Shown: one piece after another, positions 29,065-36,795 of the stretch | Position numbering within the stretch: position 1 is the stretch's first letter | Layout of the letters: each line of letters starts with the position of its first letter | Notes under the pieces: model-generated | Seen by the model: the letters and a program-made list of their open reading frames with translations, nothing else | The model's database searches: none | What the model was told of the DNA's origin: nothing | Position numbers and translations under genes: made by a program | From: a virus | DNA length: 64,000 nt | Direction: 5' to 3' (one strand) | IMG/VR virus record: IMGVR_UViG_3300021142_002226 | Location: 64,001 to 128,000 of that record

Positions 29065-31948
29065 TATACCAATTGAAATACAAGCTAAAGAAATTCTAAT
29101 AAATTACCAAGGATCCAATGATTATTTACTGGAAATAAAAGGTTATTTATTAAGCAAAAAAGCGTTTCCGTTAACTTCAAATATATGTAAATACATAATA
29201 TCTAATCAGAAAGTAAAACCTATTGTTTTGAATAAAAAATATGTTTTACATAAAAGTATTAGAGGTTTTTTAAAAAGCCAATATAAATTAGATTTTATAC
29301 CTGAAGAAATTTTTATTAATAAATTATTAACACGAAAAGTCGATAACCTTCACCTTTGGGCTTGTTTTAATCAAGATTGTAAATACTATTTTTCAGTTTA
29401 TTTGGATAAAAATTGTATCAAAAATAGTAAAACTATTGAATTACCTTCTTTTGATCAGTATGATAGGCCGCCAAAAAAACACCAATTAACAGCAATCAAA
29501 ACTTTATTGGAAAATGATAAATTTATCTTGGCTGATGATATGGGTTTGGGTAAAATGGAATTTGTTGATAACCAATTGTTTACACCATTTGGTAGGAAAA
29601 GAATTGGTGATATAATTGTCGGTGATAAAGTTATTGGTTCAGATGGTAAACCATATAATGTTGTTGGTGTTTTTCCACAAGGTAATAAAGAATTATTTAA
29701 GGTAACCTTTAATGATGGTTATTCTATTTTAGTCGGTGGTGAACACCTTTGGTCTGTTTCAACTAATTGTAATGGTGAAAATAATAAAAATAGAAAAAAT
29801 AGATATATTACATTAAGTACAAATCAAATGCTTGATAAAAATTTGATTTTACAACAAAATGGTTCGGATTGGAATGAAAAAAGACCCTACAAATACTCAA
29901 CATACTATAAAAAAAATAATGGCGCATCTAAATGGCAGATACCTATCGTTAAACCTATAGAATTTTACAATAATTATGAATTACCTATTGAACCATATTT
30001 ATTAGGTGTTTGTTTGGGTGATGGTAACATAAAAAATTCATCAGTAAAATTTGAGATACATAAAGATGATTTTGAAGAATTATTTACAGGTGTTGAATTT
30101 AATGAATTATCACCTGTTGGCAATAGACGATCATGTAATTTAAACTTCGGTAATAAATTACAATTATTAAATATTAATAATAAAACTTCAGATACTAAAT
30201 TTATACCAGATAAATATAAATATAGTTCAATAGTTAATAGAATTGCGATTTTGCAAGGTTTGATGGATACTGATGGTCATTGCATGAAATCAAAAAAAGG
30301 TTTGTTTGCTGGTACGGAATACGCTACGGTATCTGAAAAATTAGCTGACGATATTGCTGAGATAGTTCATAGTTTGGGTGGTATTGTGCGTAAAAAAAGT
30401 AAAATTGGTTCCTATAGAAAGCCAGATGGAACTAAGGTTATTTGTAAAAAATGTTATCGTTTAAATATAAAGATGCCTACAGGTATTAATCCTTTTAGAT
30501 TAAAACGTAAAGCTATATTATATAAAGAACCTGAAAAATATAAAGTTGGTAGATATATTAAGGATATCCAACCTTGTGGTACTGGTGAAGCTGTTTGTAT
30601 ATCAGTAGATAGTCCAGATAAATTATATGTTACAGAACACGCAATTGTAACACATAATACAACATCTACCATTCTTGCTGCGATAACTGGTGGATATAAA
30701 AGGATTTTGGTTGTCTGCCCAGCATCTCTTAAATTGAACTGGAAAAAAGAAATAAGTTTGTATGATAACCCAAACGATATTAGTATTGTAGAAGGTTCTG
30801 ATTTTACATTCAAAAAATGGACTATTGTAAACTATGATATCCTTAAAAACTTCCATAATTTGAAAGAAAAAGGTCAAGATCCAGAAGATGTAAAAGAATC
30901 AATAATCGATTTTTATAAATTTGATTTAGTTATAGCTGATGAAGCACATTACCTTAAAAATGCTACCGCAAATAGAACAAAATTATTTAATGATTTTGCG
31001 ATGAAAATTGGTACCAGATGGTTACTAACTGGTACACCAATAACTAATAAACCAATTGATTTATATAATTTATTATATCTTTGTGAATCCCCACTTAGTA
31101 CAAATTGGGTTGGGTATGTTAGGCGTTATTGTGCTGGTAGACAATTCAAAAGAAAAGGGTCAACACAAAAATATTGGGTAACTGATGGTGCAACAAATCT
31201 TGAAGAATTAAAAGAATTTACAGACGATTTGATCCTTAGAAGGCTTAAAAAAGATGCTGTTGATTTACCACAAAAGACAATAAAACCAATATATTTACCA
31301 TTATCCTCTTCAAGAAGATATCAGGATTATATGGAAGAATATCAAAATTGGTATGATGAACAAGTAGAAAATGGGATTGAACCTAAACCAACAGAACATC
31401 TTACACAATTGATAAAGGTTAGACAATTACTATCTGAAGACAAATTAAGTACAACAATCAATCTTGTAGAAGATATAATTGAAAGTGGTAGAAAAGTTAT
31501 TATTTTTTCATGTTTTTCTAATAGTATTAGAACAATTCATGACCATTTTGGTAAAAAGTCTGTTTTAATTGATGGTGCTGTAAGCGCTAAAAATAGAGAT
31601 ATTGCCGTTGAAAAGTTTCAAAACGATGATAAAATCAAAGTTTTTTGTGGTAACATTGTTGCGGCAGGTGTTGGTTTAACTTTAACTGAAGGTTCTGTGG
31701 TGATATTCAACGATGTTGATTGGACACCAGCAAATCACTTACAAGCTGGTGATCGTGCACATAGAATGGGACAAACGAATGAAGTACACATAATTTATCC
31801 TTTAATAGATGGTACTTTAGATACGGTTATGTACAACAAACTACAGGAGAAAATTAAAAATATTAGTACTGTAATGGGAGATGAAAATAATGATATTTTC
31901 AATGATACATCTATGATTTCTGATGTTATAAAGTCTTTAAAAGATTAG
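29054..31948 (+). CDS. SNF2/SWI2-family helicase containing an intein
   Basis: LADDMGLGK|intein|TT (motif I), VCPASLKLNW, DEAHYLKN, LTGTPITN, ILRRLKKD, GVGLTLT, QAGDRAHRMGQ. Confidence 0.9.
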   Translation: MMNNIPIEIQAKEILINYQGSNDYLLEIKGYLLSKKAFPLTSNICKYIISNQKVKPIVLNKKYVLHKSIRGFLKSQYKLDFIPEEIFINKLLTRKVDNLHLWACFNQDCKYYFSVYLDKNCIKNSKTIELPSFDQYDRPPKKHQLTAIKTLLENDKFILADDMGLGKMEFVDNQLFTPFGRKRIGDIIVGDKVIGSDGKPYNVVGVFPQGNKELFKVTFNDGYSILVGGEHLWSVSTNCNGENNKNRKNRYITLSTNQMLDKNLILQQNGSDWNEKRPYKYSTYYKKNNGASKWQIPIVKPIEFYNNYELPIEPYLLGVCLGDGNIKNSSVKFEIHKDDFEELFTGVEFNELSPVGNRRSCNLNFGNKLQLLNINNKTSDTKFIPDKYKYSSIVNRIAILQGLMDTDGHCMKSKKGLFAGTEYATVSEKLADDIAEIVHSLGGIVRKKSKIGSYRKPDGTKVICKKCYRLNIKMPTGINPFRLKRKAILYKEPEKYKVGRYIKDIQPCGTGEAVCISVDSPDKLYVTEHAIVTHNTTSTILAAITGGYKRILVVCPASLKLNWKKEISLYDNPNDISIVEGSDFTFKKWTIVNYDILKNFHNLKEKGQDPEDVKESIIDFYKFDLVIADEAHYLKNATANRTKLFNDFAMKIGTRWLLTGTPITNKPIDLYNLLYLCESPLSTNWVGYVRRYCAGRQFKRKGSTQKYWVTDGATNLEELKEFTDDLILRRLKKDAVDLPQKTIKPIYLPLSSSRRYQDYMEEYQNWYDEQVENGIEPKPTEHLTQLIKVRQLLSEDKLSTTINLVEDIIESGRKVIIFSCFSNSIRTIHDHFGKKSVLIDGAVSAKNRDIAVEKFQNDDKIKVFCGNIVAAGVGLTLTEGSVVIFNDVDWTPANHLQAGDRAHRMGQTNEVHIIYPLIDGTLDTVMYNKLQEKIKNISTVMGDENNDIFNDTSMISDVIKSLKD
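29555..30658 (+). mobile_element. Class-3-like intein (368 aa) with LAGLIDADG homing endonuclease
   Basis: Inserted in Walker A (GLGK|T). Starts MEFVDNQLFTPFG and ends IVTHN before Thr+1. LAGLIDADG blocks PYLLGVCLGDG and LQGLMDTDG. WCT triplet: EHLW, AVCISV, VTHN. Confidence 0.9.
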
Positions 31949-33048
31949 TGTTCAGTATGTATTATTTTCTTAACATCTGATCTATAAACAGCATCGTCAC
32001 CATCATCTGGTGTTATAATAACATAATATTTTGGAACACCTTTATCTTTTGTACTCATCATTTCGTCATAAGAAAGTATATTATCTATGTTAGTTATACC
32101 ATAGTATTCGGCAACTCTTTCCTTTAAGATTTCAAAATCATCTAATCTCGATAAATCTAAATCTCTGAATTGACTATAAGGTAATCTATCAGAAATTTTT
32201 TGTTTTTCAGGATTGATTTTACTTAATTCCTTTTTGTTAGCGTCAGCAGAAAAACTGGTTGAATCGAAATCTGGGTTTTTAGTAACAGCAGCAATTTTAG
32301 TATGAGCGGCGCTAATAATATTGTAACCCTCAGATTTCAATCGATTCATTACGTTATTTGCTATTTTTACATATTTTTCAGTAAAAAAATCACCAGAATC
32401 ATTCCATCTGAACATAACTCTATGTTTATATCCTTTGACAGCCTTATGTTCAACACATTTTTCCTTTAATTCGATATATAACCTTTCTTCATATTCTTTT
32501 GGAAAGTTCAATAAATAATTTAATCTTCTTGTCATACTATCATATGACGCTGGATATTGAATATAATTTCCAGATAATGCATAACAACCTTGCCTGCATT
32601 TACCAGCGCCTGGACAAGTGTTAATTATATAGAACTTTTTACTTTGAATATCATAAGCTAATCCTCTAAATGCTGGTAAACCAGTTTTATAAACAAAATC
32701 ATTTCTACCACCACTTTTTAACATTTTATCGTTGGTATTCACCAAATTATTAGGTGGTGTAGTCATTCTTTCAATAAATGTTGGGATATCCACTTCCTCA
32801 AATTCTGTACCAATCAATCTTGATTTTGCGTGTACAAATGGCATACCTGTACTAAATTTTTCTCTATCTGCGGTACTTAATTCTCTGTTAGCTATTACAC
32901 GATTTAAATAATTAACAACTTCTGGTAAAGGCATACATGTAGCCTTTACATCCTTGAAATCCTTTTTCCAATCAATTTCATCTATCTGAATTCCAGATAT
33001 TTTTTTGATTTTATCAATTGACTCTTGAAGAGATAAAGCTTTTTTCAT
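31945..33048 (-). CDS. Gp88-like Cys-cluster protein
   Basis: 367 aa. GLPA...TCPGAGKCRQGCYA..GNY...FRWNDSGDFF motifs. Confidence 0.6.
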   Translation of the reverse strand: MKKALSLQESIDKIKKISGIQIDEIDWKKDFKDVKATCMPLPEVVNYLNRVIANRELSTADREKFSTGMPFVHAKSRLIGTEFEEVDIPTFIERMTTPPNNLVNTNDKMLKSGGRNDFVYKTGLPAFRGLAYDIQSKKFYIINTCPGAGKCRQGCYALSGNYIQYPASYDSMTRRLNYLLNFPKEYEERLYIELKEKCVEHKAVKGYKHRVMFRWNDSGDFFTEKYVKIANNVMNRLKSEGYNIISAAHTKIAAVTKNPDFDSTSFSADANKKELSKINPEKQKISDRLPYSQFRDLDLSRLDDFEILKERVAEYYGITNIDNILSYDEMMSTKDKGVPKYYVIITPDDGDDAVYRSDVKKIIHTEH

Positions 33049-33058
33049 ATAATATTGT

Positions 33059-33078
33059 TATAAATAGAAGTATTTATA
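33059..33078. promoter_or_regulatory. Back-to-back divergent TATTTATA motifs
   Basis: TATTTATA on - (33059-33066) before the ATG at 33048 and on + (33071-33078) before the ATG at 33097. Confidence 0.55.
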
Positions 33079-33096
33079 GATATAAATATAATAAAC

Positions 33097-34188
33097 ATGA
33101 GAATAAGTCCAACCGAAAGGCAAAAAATATACACGCAAGCCAAGCATAGATTAGGAGCACCAACCAGAAAAATACAGTTGGAGACCGAAACTATGGATAG
33201 TTTATTGGAAATTGCAACTGAAGACTATGTCGAATATATACAAAATTATTTAATAGAACAACAGTGGCCTTCACTTGTTGGTGTAAATGTTACAGAAGCA
33301 GATCTTACCAGAGCTTTTGTGAGCAGAAATTATGATCTTTTGACACAATACACTTACTCCTACTCAAAAATAGTTGGTTTGGGGGCTGGAGAAGGTGGAT
33401 ATATATTAAAAAAAGATTATGTGACTTTACAGTCTGGTGTACAAATGTATGAAATTCCAGCTAATCGTGAAATTAACGAAGTTCTTTGGTATAACCCAGC
33501 AACTTTGGATCAATCGGTTATTGATCCTTTTTTAGGTGTTTGGAACAATCAATTTGGCGCAGAATATATTGGATTAGGTTCATATTATATATTACCTGCA
33601 TTTGATATTTTAATGAGGGCTTCAGACAGAAATTTAAAAAACCGTTTGGTTAAGGGTGAATTATTATATAAAATCACAAACGCACCAAATGGAAAAAAAT
33701 ATTTACACCTTTTAAATACACCTGGTGGTCAATATGACCAAAACCAGGAAATATTACAATATGGTAGGGTTTGGTATTGGTATTACGATATTAATGGAAA
33801 TAAAGAAGATTGCCTGGAAAAAAATAAAGATATTATTAAGACACCGTCTGACGTTCCTCTTGATAATTTATCTTTTGATGATTTAAATGATCCATCTAAA
33901 GTTTGGATAAGACGTTATTTTGTTGCATTATGTAAAGAAACCTTGGGTAGAATTCGTGGTTATGCAAACGGAAAAATTCCTTCAGGAGAACAGCAAGCTT
34001 TAGAACTTGAATACCAATCTTTATACACTGAAGCTAAAGATGAAATGAGTATACTTAAAAAAGAGTTGGAAGATAGATTAATTAAATTCCACCCAACAGC
34101 AACATTAGAAAGAATGTCGAAAGAGGCTGAATTTATTAACACTGGTCTTAAATACAGACCAATGCCAAGACCAATTAGATTGATATAA
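33097..34188 (+). CDS. Neck / head-tail adaptor protein (gp13-like)
   Basis: 363 aa. 'KHRLGAPTRKIQL...LLEIA', 'W.RRYFVALCKETLGRIRG...LYTEAKDE...L..EL' pattern. Confidence 0.7.
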   Translation: MRISPTERQKIYTQAKHRLGAPTRKIQLETETMDSLLEIATEDYVEYIQNYLIEQQWPSLVGVNVTEADLTRAFVSRNYDLLTQYTYSYSKIVGLGAGEGGYILKKDYVTLQSGVQMYEIPANREINEVLWYNPATLDQSVIDPFLGVWNNQFGAEYIGLGSYYILPAFDILMRASDRNLKNRLVKGELLYKITNAPNGKKYLHLLNTPGGQYDQNQEILQYGRVWYWYYDINGNKEDCLEKNKDIIKTPSDVPLDNLSFDDLNDPSKVWIRRYFVALCKETLGRIRGYANGKIPSGEQQALELEYQSLYTEAKDEMSILKKELEDRLIKFHPTATLERMSKEAEFINTGLKYRPMPRPIRLI

Positions 34189-34189
34189 C

Positions 34190-36346
34190 ATGTATAAAGT
34201 ATTTTTAGTTGAAAATGATTTCGATTTTGAACTTGCGGACGATGTTACAGAATACAGTCGTGATTATAGTTCATATGAAGCATTTTATATTGATGTGACA
34301 AAATCTTTATATTCAACAGGCGGAACTACTCAACAAACAAGTGTTTTACTAAATAATATTAGTTTAACTGGTTTTGATAATGGATTTTTGGGTGATGATA
34401 TACCCAAACAATATCAAGGAATTGTAGTTGCAAATAGTTATACATCTTATACACTTTCTGGTGACATGAATTGGGCATATATATTTAATGATTATACATA
34501 TGATTATACAGGATATACAGGACAAAAAGATTTATTAATAGAATTTAAACCACCTATTATCAGAAATACTTACGATTCATTAGTTTTTGTTGTTTATGAT
34601 AATAATAGTTCCTTTTATGAATATATACCATTTGCATACGAAGATGGTATATCAAATTTTTATACTTGCTATGATAATAATGGTTCTTTAAATGGTATAA
34701 TAAATTCAGGTGATACTATATCTTTTTATATCAGCAACAACACACTATATGTGCAAGTTAATGGTACAACAATTAGGGTAAATAATAACCCAAATACCAA
34801 TAATGACTATAGATTTGAATTTGGCGCATTAGCTACTGTCAGCGGTGAAACGTATACAGTTAATGATTTTTCCATATATTCACAAAGAATAATTTATACT
34901 GGAACATCAAACAATATTACAGACTTAAATCCTCAATTAACAGGAACAACTTATACTTGGGGTAAAACCAAATTTAAATTACTACCTGTTTCAACTTTAA
35001 ATATTGGGCAAAATAACAATATAAAATATGATATAATTCCTCAATATGATTACAAAGAATTGAATGGTGGATTCTATCAAGGTGCTTTTAAACTATACAA
35101 CTACCCTGTCCAATACTTCAAAACGAGAGCAAATAAAGGTTGGACAATTAATACTTTGATAACAAATCCTTCTGTTGTAACTGGTTCAACTAATTACTTG
35201 AATTTTTTACATCCTGATAATAGCGGAATTATATTTTATATCGGAACAAGAGCTGAAAATAAATATTGGTCAGTTACAGGTTCCGCAATAAATGTAATGA
35301 AAACCCAATATAAATTACCTACAAGTGGTGATACTGCAAGTGTCTTTAATTATAATAATAATTACAATAATACAGATTATCAGAACACTTACTACTATGA
35401 AGTACCAAATGATATTTCAAATAATGTTATAACTGGAATCACGGAACCAATTAGTAAAATCAATGACGAAATTGACCATGGTTTGATTGATGAAAATAAT
35501 ATGTACACCGTTGACGCTATTTTCACCTTAAATAATCAACCTTATTCTGGATATTATAATAGTAAAAATGGTTTATATTATTCTGGTAGAACATATGACG
35601 GAACAGGCAATGGTTTATTAAAGAAGATTAATTTTTATAAAGATGTTATTGATAATTCATTTGGAATCTTTTTAGATAAACATGGTAATATAGGATATAA
35701 GTTGATTTATGCTACAGATCCTTGTTATACTGGAACATGTCAAGACCCATTAACAATCACTAATAATAGTTTCATAGATTACACAACTGATTCAGATACG
35801 AATAAAATTCAAGAAATTAGAACAAAGTATTTTTCGATAAAAAAGGTTACTTCTAAAACACCAATTATAAATACTGGTGATACAATGAATAGATTTATAT
35901 ATTTGACAACAATTTTTGAAAGAGATTTTACTTATGACACTGATTGTATGTTAAAATATGGAAAGTATAAAAATGGTACTTTGAGTATATTCATTAACGG
36001 TAAAAAAGTTTTCGAAGATAAAAATTGTAATGAAATTATCCCACATGAGTTAGATACCGATTCGTTTTACCAAGAAGGTGTCCCATTCAACATATCATTT
36101 GGGGGTGGTACTCAAGGATTAATAAACTCCGTAGATATTTTAGGTAATTATACAAGTCCATATAATAAACTTATAATTGATGAATTTTTTAGTGGTACAT
36201 ATTTTGGTGGTGTCAAATCTATACAAATGTTAATGGTGCCGCTTGATGTGACAGAAATAAAATCAAATGTGGATAAAATAAAAAATATATATAATTTACC
36301 AACAATAACTGGTGGTAGATATGTTAAATTAAAACAATTATACTAA
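34190..36346 (+). CDS. Virion structural protein, possibly with a lectin/LamG-like beta-sandwich
   Basis: 718 aa, rich in Y/N/T/G, with 'LSIFINGKKVF...FNISFGGGTQGL...F.GTYFGGV' and many [ST]Gx[ST] motifs. Confidence 0.55.
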   Translation: MYKVFLVENDFDFELADDVTEYSRDYSSYEAFYIDVTKSLYSTGGTTQQTSVLLNNISLTGFDNGFLGDDIPKQYQGIVVANSYTSYTLSGDMNWAYIFNDYTYDYTGYTGQKDLLIEFKPPIIRNTYDSLVFVVYDNNSSFYEYIPFAYEDGISNFYTCYDNNGSLNGIINSGDTISFYISNNTLYVQVNGTTIRVNNNPNTNNDYRFEFGALATVSGETYTVNDFSIYSQRIIYTGTSNNITDLNPQLTGTTYTWGKTKFKLLPVSTLNIGQNNNIKYDIIPQYDYKELNGGFYQGAFKLYNYPVQYFKTRANKGWTINTLITNPSVVTGSTNYLNFLHPDNSGIIFYIGTRAENKYWSVTGSAINVMKTQYKLPTSGDTASVFNYNNNYNNTDYQNTYYYEVPNDISNNVITGITEPISKINDEIDHGLIDENNMYTVDAIFTLNNQPYSGYYNSKNGLYYSGRTYDGTGNGLLKKINFYKDVIDNSFGIFLDKHGNIGYKLIYATDPCYTGTCQDPLTITNNSFIDYTTDSDTNKIQEIRTKYFSIKKVTSKTPIINTGDTMNRFIYLTTIFERDFTYDTDCMLKYGKYKNGTLSIFINGKKVFEDKNCNEIIPHELDTDSFYQEGVPFNISFGGGTQGLINSVDILGNYTSPYNKLIIDEFFSGTYFGGVKSIQMLMVPLDVTEIKSNVDKIKNIYNLPTITGGRYVKLKQLY

Positions 36347-36747
36347 TGGTTTTTACAATCAGAAAAAATGCGACTCTACCTATATTGAAATTGAAAGTAT
36401 ATAAAGATGGTAGAAATGATTTTTATAAATTGATGGACTTATTGCCAACAGCATCTATAACTTTTGCTATGAAGGATAATATTACTGGTATCTATAAGGT
36501 TGCAAATAGAGCCGCTCAGATATATCTCAAAGACCCTTCAGTTACAGATGGTGTAAAGGAATATTATATAGGTTATCAATTTACATCTGAAGATACAGAT
36601 ACACCAGGAGTTTATACTGGAAGTTTTAAGATAAATTGTTTTAATTCAGATAATTCATTATACGGTGAATTGGTAGTCCCAATTAGAGAAGAATTATATA
36701 TTCATGTTATAGATAACTTTGTCAAATCTGACGTAGTCTATATTTAA
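36346..36747 (+). CDS. Ig-like/BppU N-terminal-like structural protein
   Basis: 133 aa. FTIRKNATLPILK...TFAMKD...YQFTSEDTDTPGVYTGSFKI. Confidence 0.5.
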   Translation: MVFTIRKNATLPILKLKVYKDGRNDFYKLMDLLPTASITFAMKDNITGIYKVANRAAQIYLKDPSVTDGVKEYYIGYQFTSEDTDTPGVYTGSFKINCFNSDNSLYGELVVPIREELYIHVIDNFVKSDVVYI

Positions 36748-36779
36748 TTTGTTTTTTGACTTTATTTTTATTATATTTG
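36748..36779 (+). promoter_or_regulatory. Bacteroidota sigma70 consensus promoter TTTG-N20-TATATTTG for the DNA polymerase gene
   Basis: TTTG at 36748-36751, a 20-nt spacer, TATATTTG at 36772-36779, then the ATG at 36796. Confidence 0.65.
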
Positions 36780-36795
36780 TGCTCAAAATAGTGTT

